Below are positions 53,115-64,000 of a DNA stretch of 64,000 bases, in pieces; position 1 is the stretch's first letter, and each line of letters opens with the position of its first letter. Made by a program: the position numbers and the translations under genes. Source of the DNA: Catajapyx aquilonaris (lineage: Eukaryota); contig KZ538371.1 of assembly GCA_000934665.2 (NCBI GenBank), forward strand, positions 1 to 64,000, in the 5' to 3' direction. The notes under the pieces were generated by a model. That model made no database searches. It had not been told where the DNA came from and worked only from the letters and a program-made list of their open reading frames with translations.

Positions 53115-54912
53115 TCAGAAGTCGTCATCGTCATCAAAGTTTCCCCGACGACGCACAAACTGAAACGGGTATAAATATAAATGCCATGGGGTAAGAAAAT
53201 TAGCCTTCACTTCTTACCTTGACCTTTGTGCTGGCCTTCTGCGTTTTCTCATTGACCTGCTCCAGCATTTCTATCAAGTTTGGCTCCGAGAGTCGTCCTT
53301 GAATTTGTCCAAACTGTGCCATTCGCATTAGCATGGCCTCTATCATCTGCGCCTTCTCTGGTTTGACTGCCATCAATGTGTTCACTGAAAATAATCAATC
53401 AGAAATGCACAATTATAAATACAAGGGCTGTAAATAAAATGGCGGCAACACATCTCTAGAAAATCAGTGAATTGTAGGAAATTTACACCGCTTATGTAAC
53501 AGATAGGTTGGGTCTTGATCTAACTTCAGGGCATAATGCGAACGTCCCACCTCTACATCGCTTGCGCAGTAAATTGTATAATGTGAGATGTTGCGATCAA
53601 CGGGTCTAAAGGCGATGTTGTCCAAATTCGAGCAAAGGTGCTGGTTAAAAATTGATAATTTGTCAGGAAGGGCTTTTAGAGGCTTGTGGGGAACATGCAT
53701 TGCCATATAGAACAGTTGCGCGGTGAGCAAAAGCCTTCCATCAGGGAAGGCAAAACGTGACAGATGAGCCCCGCCCCGGAAGTCCACATGCAAGTGAGAA
53801 ACAAGTGGCTGCTGTTTCCGCATTGATGGAGAACGATCTGAAGTGGACAATCGTTTAGTTAGCCAGTGAGACAGGCACCATCTCTGGCCAGCTTTGAGGA
53901 AGAAGCGACATCATTGTCTGCAAAATCCGCCCATCATTTTGCACAGCAACACTTGACTGCATGTTGCAGAAGTTGTGAATCAGTTATTCACTCGTTGGGG
54001 TTGGGAAACCCACCATACTCCCCTTACACTAAGCCACTGTGACTTTGACTTGAGTCTGAAAATGAAGGAACTGCTTTGCAGCATTCGTTTCAAGACTATC
54101 CCAGAATTTCTTTAGACCACTCTATACGAAACATCAACCAAACCGGGGCGGCCGATGGCATCCTTCGACTTCCACATCGCTAATGACGGGTGTTACACAT
54201 TGCTGGTGACTACATTGAAGGACTCTGAAAGTTTGAAGATGGCGTGTATTTCCAGTCCCAAGTAATTAAATATTTGCCACTATTTTATTTACAGCCCTCG
54301 TATATTCTCTCGGACAAATGCTGAGATGTCAACATGACAAGCTCCAACTTTTTTTTACATTTGCATCCAATATTAGTGAAATTATATGGTTATGGCGAAT
54401 TGCTGAGTTGTGTACAATCCGCGCGCCACCTAGCAACTAAACGGTCCGCTCACTAATGCCGCACACCTGACGCATCTGAGCGCACCCATTCCTTGTCTAT
54501 GAACCCCCTCTAGATGGCGTTTCCGGACACGGGTTCCTCTGTGAAATAAGTTTGTCTTGGTCCCCTCCATTACCCCTAGAAGTGTGTAAAGTTGGCTCGT
54601 AAACACCCTTTATATTCAAAAACTCCTCGGCCGTGGCCCTCCCTCTCTCCCCAGTTAGTCCAAATTTTTGCCATGCTCACTGTCTTGTATCAACAGTTCA
54701 AAAATAATTGTCCCGTCGCGGCGAACTGTTGATACATAACAAACAGAGGTACAATGTTTTTTACTGCACTCTGCCTAAAATTTCCTCTGGAATGACTTAC
54801 ACCTGGCACGAGCAGCTTGGTCCAAGATCTGGCTGAGCATAATATTCTTCATATCAGTCTCCTGCTTACGCCTTTCAGCTTCAGCTGAAGCATTTGTATT
54901 CCCTGCAGCGGC
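53115..54912 (-). CDS. PDCD5: Programmed cell death protein 5 (5'-incomplete; first coding exon not securely located)
   Basis: Exons 54801-54912, 53218-53384 and 53115-53159 give ...DMKNIMLSQILDQAARARLNTLMAVKPEKAQMIEAMLMRMAQFGQIQGRLSEPNLIEMLEQVNEKTQKASTKVKFVRRRGNFDDDDDF*. Minus-strand AATAAA at 53005-53010. Confidence 0.93.
53422..54300 (+). mobile_element. Degenerate mariner transposon in a PDCD5 intron
   Basis: TA TSD; TIR C(A/G)AGGGCTGTAAATAAAAT; decayed HPPYSPDL.PCDF-like segment near 54010-54050. Confidence 0.85.
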
Positions 54913-54970
54913 CTGGAAGCAATTCAAATTCTTAAAATTGGAACAGAAAGTCCTGTGTGTACACAGAAAT

Positions 54971-55191
54971 GAGGGGTGTGGTGGAAAAAGGCGATAGCCT
55001 TCATTTTTGTCATTTTTTACCTAAACACCTAGCAACTATGTAATAGACATGACAAACAGTTTGGTATATTCCAAGTTCACGTATCATGCACGAGACAGCC
55101 ACACAGATTTGTTAAGAGAATGCAGACTTAAATTTGCTCTCCTGAAAAATTACACTTTTGTGGGTTATCACCTTTTTTCACCACACTCCTC
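54971..55191. mobile_element. Sola-like MITE, copy 3
   Basis: GAGGGGTGTGGTGGAAAAA TIR, TSD AAAT. Confidence 0.8.
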
Positions 55192-55622
55192 AAATATACT
55201 GGTAGCAGTCAGGGAGGGGGAGTGGCGCTGCAGTAACGTATGCGCCCAGGGATGTTAAGGTCCTGGGTTTGAACCCATCCCGGGGTTTCCCCCTTCATCT
55301 CATGCAGAGTTCTTGGCCATCTCTGGCTTCGTCTCGGGTGGTATCTCCGTTAAGACAAACCACCCGGGGGAGTTCACAAAATGACCACAGCAAAGACATT
55401 ACACTGCACCTTGCACATCCCCTCCTGCCCCCAGTGCCATGACAGCACTGCACTATCTGGTGTTAGAAAAATTTGCTGTAACACAACCTGGCTGGTGAAC
55501 TTCTTGAAACTGCAGCATTTGAACCTTATAATAAATTGTTAGGCAATGTCACATTGTGCCGTCCTTGACTAGTATGCATATGTGTGGATGCAGACTTTTC
55601 AGTAGTTAAATTTTCCCATGTA

Positions 55623-55763
55623 CAGTGCTGGACATTAATGGTCGATTACTGACAGGAACATGAGCTGTAGCGGTGAAAGAGCTAACCTGATCGGACCGAT
55701 GAACGATCTGTCCGACTATGGCTCATGTCGCTGTCAGTACTCGACCATTAATTTCCAGCGCTG
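55623..55763. mobile_element. TA-flanked foldback MITE (Tc1/mariner-type)
   Basis: TA|CAGTGCTGGACATTAATGGTCGA ... TCGACCATTAATTTCCAGCGCTG|TA. Confidence 0.75.
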
Positions 55764-55945
55764 TAGAACATAACTTTCATGTTGGGTGGTCTATTTGCCA
55801 CATTCTACCTCTGAGGTCCTGTGTTTGATTTCTAGAGCCAACAGTGAATTAATCCATTCCCAAACTCTAAACAATACCCATTTAGATGATCCTAAACAGT
55901 AAATACACACAATTGGTAAACATAACATGATTAAATGCCCTAAAC

Positions 55946-56377
55946 CAGCGGTTCTTAAACTGTCCTAGACCGCGGACCCCTTTCAGATATCACTCGCCCT
56001 CGAGGACCCCCAAGAATTAAGTCAAAGTTTAAAGCTCGGAATTATTTGTATTTTGTATTTCTATCATACATACATATTTCTTTCTAGTGTTTCATCCCCG
56101 ATTTTCACCATTTAAGGTCGGGGAAATTACATGAACGTACACATTTCATTTTTATTTTATTTTATTGTAATGTTAATTGTAGCAATTACATTTGATTAAC
56201 CAAAAGTGGATGGAATACATTTACTAGCTTCTCGCAAGGGGTGTTTTCATAACAACTGTAAACAACTGCATGCATATTTTTCAGAACCTTTGTGGAACAC
56301 TGGTAGGGTCTCGCGGACCCCCTGAGAGGGTCCCGCAGACCCCAAGGGGTCCGCGGACCACAGTTTAAGAACCGCTG
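55946..56377. mobile_element. hAT (Charlie-like) MITE
   Basis: TIR CAGCGGTTCTTAAACTG; 8-bp TSD CCCTAAAC/CCCTAAAT. Confidence 0.85.
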
Positions 56378-56736
56378 CCCTAAATAATAAATTAAAACAT
56401 GAAAACAATAAATAAAATACTTAAACACTGAAAAATACAATGAAAATTGCAATTACTGCAGCAGTGAGATGCTTTCACAGCGATAGTGAGAGACGACTTG
56501 GGCACACAACAGATTGTGTTTACGCAGTGAGCGCATTTTTTCATTGCACACGTAGTTCGAACTTAGGATCGAATTTCTCTCAAATTAAGCGTTCGAACTC
56601 TGTAACATTCGAAGTTAGGGGCGTTCGAAGTACGAGGCTCCACTGTATATTAAAAGATTATCCCCTAAAAGGCCCCAGTAGACCAAGCATGAAGAATGCA
56701 ATTGTTCTTATTTTTATTACTTTTATTATAAAACTT

Positions 56737-57561
56737 ACAAGGGAACCTCTCGAAGTGTCACTCGAAGTTCAAGGTGAAATATTTTTTTTTCGGGTTCCTT
56801 ATCAGCTAGAAGGACAACACCCTTCTGGAGAAATCCTCGATCTCAAGCGTTTTCGAGATACAGGGGTCAAAAGGTCAAGAATGGACCACTTTATGAAGGC
56901 CCTGAGGAAGCTATCATTAGTGTTATCGGCGAGATTTTTGGGATCTAGAGGTTTCTTGGGATGGGGAATACAGTGGCATAACCGAAAATCATGAATTATG
57001 CACATGAAGGGTACTTCTCAGGGTAGGGGGTGGGAGGTGGGGGGACAAAAATTACTATAAACAAAGTATTTTCTACTCCTTATGTCTTTAGACAGCACTG
57101 ACTGGACACCCAAGTTGGTGAATTTCATTAACTATATCACATAAACATGAATTATGTAGAATTTCTGAAGCACTCCGCTTGACGAAATTCACCAACTTGG
57201 GTGTCCAGTCAGTGCTGTCTAAAGACATAAGGAGTAGAAAATACTTTGTTTATAGTAATTTTTGTACCCCCACCTCCCACCCCCTTCCCTGAGAAGTACC
57301 CTTCATGTGCATAATTCATGATTTTCGGTTATGCCACTGTATTCCCCATCCCAAGAAACCTCTAGATCCCAAAAATCTCGCCGATAGCACTAATGATAGC
57401 TTCCTCAGGGCCTTCATAAAGTGGTCCATTCTTGACCTTTTGACCTCTGTATCTCGAATACGCTTGAGATCGAGGATTTCTCTGGAAGGGTGTTTTCCTT
57501 CTAGCTGATAAGGAACCCGGGGAAAAAAAAAATCACCTTGAACTTCGAGAGGTTCCCTTGT
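56737..57561. mobile_element. Large near-perfect foldback element (~390-bp arms)
   Basis: The arms are near-identical reverse complements, which produces the mirrored ORFs 56802-57005 and 57305-57508; ~50-nt spacer. Confidence 0.85.
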
Positions 57562-57665
57562 TAAATGACATTGTCCATATGCCTTGACAACTGTGACTTC
57601 AATGACCTCTGGCAGTGTTGCAGTTAAGGACACAACAGACCTACCATTAATTTGGCATGTAGGTG

Positions 57666-58185
57666 TCTGACAACCACAGTAACTCTTCTTACCCTCCCAA
57701 ATTTTGAAATTTTTTGGATTTTCTAATTCTTGGTCTATAGTGTTGTGCAAACATCACCTCGGCTGCTAATTTTCACGCCAAAATAAAAGCTAAATGCGAT
57801 ATTCTGAAGCCACAACACCTAGGAGCCAGTGGCGGGTCGCAGGTCCCTGGTCCCTGCGACCGTAGCGCGATCTAGGGTGGCGTGAGCAAATAAAATATGA
57901 CCGTACACGCTTTGAAATCGATTTTTGTAGCAATTTATGAATCAAGTTTAATCATCATTTACATATCACAGATATCAGTCACGACGACACGCGACCTGCC
58001 ATCCACGAGCGGATGCAGGTGTTGTGGCTTCGGAATTTCGGTCTTTTGGCTTGTGTTTTGACCCTGCTAACGTGAAAATTAGCAGCAGAAGTGATGTTTG
58101 CACAACACTATAGGTCGAGTAGAATTAGAAAATCCAAAAAATTTCAAAACTTAGGAGGGTAAGAAGAGTTAGTTCGGTTGTGAGA
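57666..58185. mobile_element. Foldback element
   Basis: Inverted arms TAACTCTTCTTACCCTCC...AAATTTTTTGGATTTTCTAATTCT and their reverse complement. Confidence 0.75.
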
Positions 58186-59767
58186 ATTATTACAGTCAAT
58201 ATTATTGGTATTGTCGATTTTTAATACAACGTTCACTTTGTCCACCATGTGTAGGAGTAGGAAGTCATAGTAGTTAATGATTTGTCAGAAAAACACTAAA
58301 ACATCTGCTGTTGCAACCTCTGTAGGTATTGTAGTTCTGGAAAAATATTACTGTTCGTTACTGTTATATTGTCAAAAGGCAAATGAATCATATGATGAGC
58401 TTGGCAGCAAAGTTGCAGTGCTTAACATTTGCCTAACCAATACTGCTACAAATGTTGGTTTATTGAGTAGTGAGTAGACACATAAGCCAGTCATGGGAGA
58501 TAAGGGGATATATGCCCACCTTGGGGCAGCCCATGTCCTAATCAGTCTTAGCACCCATTCTTCCTAGTTTTATTGAAATTTATAATAATTACTCATTAAT
58601 AAATATCCACACTGATGATTTGGAATCTTGGGGTGCCTCTCCTCTAAGGGGAGGAAGCATTCTGCGAAAATACATGACATCATTCTATGAGGGTGGGATA
58701 ATCCATGATGTCACTCCATTGGGGGTCAATGCAAAGGTGGCACCAGCCAGGCCCAGTTGCTCAGAGGGGATTCTTGATCCCCTCGAACATCCACAGCCTG
58801 CTCAGTCTCAATCATGTGACAAGGTGAGGGTAAACCCCCTTCTTGCCAATGATGTCTGTTGGTCATGGGATGCAGGAGAAGGCAGATTGTGAGGCAGATT
58901 GAACCCACTCTTCCAAGCTTGGCTCCAATAAAGAGTATCCACTTGCACACAGGGTCAACGTAAATCCATAGACAGAGCAACGAGGTTCACACTGGATCAA
59001 AGTGGTGTGTGACTGCAGTGTGTCCAAGTTTGGGTATACCAATAAAAGTGCAGGGTCCTTTTAAAAAAAATATGTTAAGAGTGTGATGGCATAATAAATT
59101 AAGCTAGCCAATCAGGAATGGGCATGTCCGCTCTCCTGAATGAGAACAGTACTGCTACTGCAGGTTAATTAAATCCTAATGTACGGAAAATGAGAGAACG
59201 ATCTGACATCATCAAGGTTTCCATGAAAATGCCCTCACAGAACAATGTGAGTAAACAGTGTCAACAAAAAGCAACAATGGAAGAAACGATGACGTCAGAT
59301 CGTTCTCTCGTTTTCCGTACATTTGTCATATTCCTTACATACAGGGTGTTGCTTACTAGTATGGCCAATGGCAATCAGGGTATTCCTTGGGCCAAGACAA
59401 GTCAAAAATGTAGGGGGGAGAAATGCTGAGGGACCAACTGTTAACACGGTAGACAACCAGAAACCTTGGCCTACCCTTAGACACATGCAGCAACACACAC
59501 AATGCCTCTTTGTAGGGAGATTGCCTGGCAGATGATTGGCTAGGGAGCAGGATACGAGAGTGATAATCACTTCTGAAAAAAAGGCGATCTTGCAAAATCC
59601 CAACAGTAATGATTATCATGCTCCCTAGCCAACCACTGTAAGACGCACGAGTCCATCTGCCAGGCAATCTCCTTACAAAGAGGCGTCATGTGTGTTCCTG
59701 CATGTGTCTAGAAGTATACCAAGGTTTCTAGTTGTCTACCTCGTTAACAGTTGGTGCCTCAACATTT

Positions 59768-60012
59768 GAGGGGTGCGGTGGGAAAAGGTGATAACCCACA
59801 AAATTGTAATATTTCAGGAGAGGGAATTTAAGTTTGCATGCTCTTAACAAATCATAGGGAATGCAAGTTTTGATCTAGTGATCTAGTCTGTGTGGCCGTC
59901 GTGCATGATACGCGAACTTGGAGTATACCAAACTGTTTGTCATGTCTATTACATAGTTGCTAGGTGTTTAGGTCAAAAATGAGGGTCATCACCTTTTTCC
60001 ACCACACCCCTA
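59768..60012. mobile_element. Sola-like MITE, copy 4 (nested)
   Basis: GAGGGGTGCGGTGGGAAAAG TIR, TSD ATTT. Confidence 0.75.
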
Positions 60013-60080
60013 ATTTCTCCTCCCTACATTTTCTACTTGTCTTGGCCCAAGGAATACGCTGACTGCTGTTGGCCATACTA

Positions 60081-61066
60081 CAAGGGCTAGTCGGAAAATA
60101 AGTTTCACGATGCTACAGTTTCAAAGCCATGTGACGGACAGGAAAAGACGAGCATGAGCAGATACGTTGATTCTTCCTCTACTTTACAGGATAGGTAGGC
60201 GCCATCTTGCAGCTTATGCGCAGGTGCGGCAGCCGTTGGACGAGACCGAGCGGCGAGCCGAGCGTGCCCACCCATATACCTTCAGGAAATGTCATGCCAG
60301 ACAGAGAGAGTTGGTCACATGGACCAAGAAAGAAGTTAGGACACTTGAGGACACTGTCAGTAATTGCCTTGGCTGGTAGTCCAGGTCTCTGGTTGTCCTT
60401 TACACTCGTGAGCTTATTCTGAAATTGCTGGCACCATATCACCGCACCATTTGCTCAGACATGACATCTCCGGACAACTCTCTCCACTAGCCAGCGATTA
60501 ATGTCATATGTCGTACGTCATAATGTCGACCACTGGTAGCAAACATATGCCCTCATTTCTGCCTTAAGGCCTCTACACAAATTCGGCGGAAGGCTGAGTG
60601 GTCGGAAAATTTGCGATTGGGGCTCGGAATGTGAGTGGTGGCAATTCACAAATTCAAGCAGTGGCGCTGCGGGCGGAAACTGGTGCGGTGGAAATGGCTC
60701 AAGTCCACCTGGATGGACTTGTGCGATTGCCACCGCTCAGTTCCGCGCCCCAAACCACGCCCCCAAACACACTCTTGCCGCCCGCTCAGCCTTCCGCCGA
60801 ATTTGTGTAGTGGCCTTTAGTCCATGTGACCAACACTCTCTGTCTGGCATGACTTTTCCTGGCAGAATGTAGGTGGGCATGCTCAGCTCACCACTCAGTA
60901 TCATCCAACAGTTGCCGCACATGCACAGAAGTTGCAAGAAGGCGCCTATCCATCCTATAAAGTAGAGGAAGGATCAATGTATCTGCCCATGCTAGTCTTT
61001 ACCCTGTCTGTCGCATGGTGTCGAAACTGTAGCATTGCGAAACTTATTTTCCGACTAGCCCGGTCG
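60081..61066 (-). mobile_element. Internally deleted mariner element (nested)
   Basis: TA TSD, TIR GGGCTAGTCGGAAAATAAGTTTC, transposase N-terminal remnant WCQQFQNKLTSVKDNQRPGLP on the minus strand. Confidence 0.8.
60567..60816. mobile_element. PIF/Harbinger-type MITE (nested in the mariner element)
   Basis: 3-bp TTA TSD; TIR AGGCC(T/A)CTACACAAATTCGGCGGAAGGCTGAG. Confidence 0.8.
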
Positions 61067-61404
61067 TAGTAAGAAACACCCTGTATATCACTGCTTTCAA
61101 AATTAAGTTTCTTATTCTAAAGTCATGAGTTCATGTTTTTGTCAGACATGCAGGAATTACATGTCTGTTGAACACACAGAAATGTTCAATTTCTCCTGGG
61201 CCCACTTTCATCAAGTATGGTGTCAAAATAATTCCACCAGCTGGCAGCCAAACTTTCAACAACACACTAGATAAACAAGCATTCTCCAACCAACTGAATG
61301 ACATCTATAAACACAGTCACACTCAGGTATAGTATCCCAACATTGATGTAATGATGACTCTCAATCAGGCTGAGTCAGCTTATGGACTAAATGGTGGCAG
61401 ACAT

Positions 61405-61475
61405 CACCCTTGCCAGGATTCGAACCTGGGTCCTCCGACTAAAAGCCGGCGCTCTTCCAACTGAGCTACAAGGGC
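61405..61475 (-). pseudogene. tRNA-like cloverleaf (probably Lys-TTT derived) with a 5-nt anticodon loop
   Basis: GCCCTTG TA GCTC AGTTGGAA GAGC G CCGGC TTTTA GTCGG AGGAC CCAGG TTCGAAT CCTGG CAAGGGT G. All four stems pair. Confidence 0.7.
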
Positions 61476-61527
61476 TAAGAGCCAACATTTTCCAAAGTCT
61501 TCTGCTGACAATGGGGCCATTAGTTAA

Positions 61528-62159
61528 CACTTAACTACCAACGTGAATCTGCCACACATTGGCTAAGACGTGGGGTATTTATATACCCCACACGGTTATC
61601 ATTTTTTAAAAAATTTGCCTTAATAGCACTAAAGCCATTCTTCCGCGCTAAATTCGGCCTGTATTCTCATCTGTATGTGTAAAAAAAAATCGATCTCCTG
61701 TGACCATTAGTTGAGTCATAAGGGACTTGAGACTCCGTTATCGCACCTTCGTAGCCTTCCAGCTCGATGGCGTAAGTAATGGCTTATAACGTAAACATTC
61801 CCAGCTGCAGGGTCTGCAAGATTTTAGTTGCGAGCAATATTTATTGCTGAATAACAACACTCACACTTTATAAAATACAATTTTGCTGTGATGCGCTGTG
61901 ATGTGTTCTCTACAAAAATTATGTGCATTGGGTACGACGTGGGGTATATCTGGACCCTGCAGGGACGCTTAGCAGCAGAAAAGTACCGGTAACTCCGCAA
62001 AAAAAAAAATCTACTGATGTCAAAAATTTTCTTTGGATCGAAGAAAGTATGTCTGAGGAATATAGGCCTGCCATTTTTCATTTCATACAAAATTTATTAA
62101 TCGCGATGGTATTAACTACATTGTGGGGTAGAAAAATACCCCACGTTGGTAGTTAAGTG
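61528..62159. mobile_element. piggyBac-type MITE
   Basis: TTAA TSD on both sides; TIR CACTTAACTACCAACGTG; TGGGGTA..TACCCCA subterminal palindromes. Confidence 0.85.
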
Positions 62160-63222
62160 TTAAGAGTAAACTGGACCTGTTCCACTATCTGGTTGCTTCT
62201 ATGGCGAAGTTACCATAGAATAGATCACCTTGGTCATTAATGAACAAATATTTAAGGTAACACACCATAAAAATGAAACTTTCAATCACAGAATGCCACT
62301 ACAGCAGCATCTATACTGGTTGTTGCCCTAGAAACCAGTGGTACAGGTCAACCCAGGTCAAGTCCTCGTAATGACCCCAAAGACACCAGCCATCACTACT
62401 TCATACCCCCCCTGACATGCCACCTGACATTTCCACGCCCATGAATCAGCCCAGGGCAGTTGGTTACTCCTACTTACAGACTGATTAGCTGGCTGCAGCC
62501 CCTCCATGAGGCGTTCAGGCTTGTCTGCGTCCATCTTGAACCTGTCTGTTCGTTGCGAAAATCGTCCATTGGATACACTGGATATCGTCAAAAAGTGGAA
62601 TAGTAGTGGGTGCGATGGTATCATTCTGCGTATACCAGCTGCCCGTGGTGAGTCTGCTTTTATCAGATGTGCTGAAATGTACTGGCAGGATTTCGAGTTG
62701 CAGGAGTGCTATCGAATGGGGAGAGGTGCAAAAACGATGATCATTGTTGCGGCGTAACATTCAGCAATCATTGAGGCTCCAAAGATGAGGGACATCTTAC
62801 TGGCAATTCTCTCCGTCTTGGTGTCTTTAGTTTTGGTCTTACTCTTTGTTTGTTTAGGTAAGTGATTGGTGTGGGTGTCGTCCAACTGTGTCAGCGTCAC
62901 TGATTCCTTCAGCCTTCGTTCAGTCCCTGTTGTGCTTTGTGGCAGTGGTGAAGCTTGCTTTTTTCAACCAGGTCCTTTTTAGTGGCACATCTGGATCCAA
63001 ACCCTGGACGACTTGGAATATGGTATAGTATTGCTCCAGTGCACACTTTCAAAGTGGAAAATTTTTGTCAGGAAAGATGTTGATATTTGAAGCAAAATGC
63101 AAGTATAAAGTATTAGGATGAGAAAGTCAGAAACTGATGGCAAATTCCAGCGGTGCAGTCTCTGTATTAGGTGTGTAAGACATTTCTTTTGTGTGACGGG
63201 TTTTCTTAATACCAGTTGCATT

Positions 63223-63383
63223 GAAATGGGTATGCATTAACCACACCTAACCGTTACCCCTAATCATTTTCTTCCATCCAACGTTCCTGCTACTGGTATT
63301 TGAAAATGCCTTATGTTATGGTTTAATTTGTCTTCAGTAGCACTGTTATTGCACCCAGCTGAACTACAGCTAATTGCATGCCA
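63223..63383 (-). pseudogene. Degenerate THAP-like fragment
   Basis: SCSSAGCNNSATEDKLNHNIRHFQIP...RK*(TGA at the expected Trp)L, then THF after a frameshift. Confidence 0.3.
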
Positions 63384-64000
63384 TAACCTGTGTCCTTGAA
63401 AGCTCTGTCACCTTTGCTTCCAATATGAACCTGTATTATTCACCTGAGAGGGCTCAAGGAAACTAAAGCCTTCCAGAAATTACACAATGTTGTTTCAGGT
63501 TGGTACATTGTTTGGAAGCTGTTTTTGTCACGGTTCAAGTTTGTGCGTGAGCTGCTTGGAACAGCCGGTGGATCAACTCTTGAAGATGATCCACTGAGCA
63601 TCAAAAGCAGAGTGAAAGTGCGACGGGATTAATGGCAGCGATGTACGTTAAGTATGGTGTGCTGTAATGATCCACAATATGTACTGTATGAGGAAGGCTT
63701 TGCTCGAGGCTTTGCTAATAATGCTTGGTGCATTGAAATGATGACTGATATTTAGTTTTCCGAATGCTTAATTGTTCATTGTGATAGGAGGAACTCTTTC
63801 GGACCAATACTGCATAAAGTTAACGTTGTTTTTAATATAGTATAACTTCTACATAGTACACTCAAACATCTTTAAGTCAAAGTGTTATATAAGTTGAAGA
63901 AGATGAAATGGTATTGGTTAGAGTCTTCATGTTAAGTACAGTACTAGAAATTAAACTGTCCCAAGTTGAATTTTTATTTCTAAAAGTTCTCCATCAGGGA

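Larger units (their letters stand above)
59342..61083. mobile_element. Outer TA-flanked foldback MITE hosting three nested insertions
   Basis: TA|CAGGGTGTT...AACACCCTG|TA; the right arm is interrupted at 59768 and 60081. Confidence 0.8.

Noticed and set aside
56440..57750. Mirrored ORF pairs of 67-184 aa
   Set aside because: Artefact of the inverted-repeat arms.
62515..62900. LIFGASM resembling the GDS motif of a CR1/L2 ORF1 esterase
   Set aside because: Only one degenerate motif, and no endonuclease or RT remnant was recognised.

Overview
Eukaryotic, most likely arthropod, genomic DNA with GT-AG introns, many MITEs/SINEs and three small assembly gaps. Three spliced genes were reconstructed by hand. 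(1) A 12-exon minus-strand TTLL9/TTLL1-like gene (5795-13441, ~1172 aa). It has a ~760-aa N-terminal extension and an open frame, but most conserved catalytic residues are replaced (ExN->KxT, KFD->KFV, HLTN->RFTR), so it is a candidate pseudo-enzyme and the most interesting item here. (2) A 9-exon plus-strand pipe (HS2ST-like sulfotransferase) gene (35743-52684, ~383 aa). (3) PDCD5 on the minus strand, tail-to-tail with pipe; its first exon was not securely found. The window also holds a disrupted THAP gene with a duplicated HCF-1-binding motif, two weaker THAP remnants, a Helitron-like tandem element with GNA-triloop hairpin cassettes, two tRNA-like cloverleaves with broken anticodon loops, two SINEs sharing a 3' tail, and many foldback/nested MITEs. 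No gene could be supported between ~13.5 and 35.7 kb. All homology calls are from motif recognition, not database searches.
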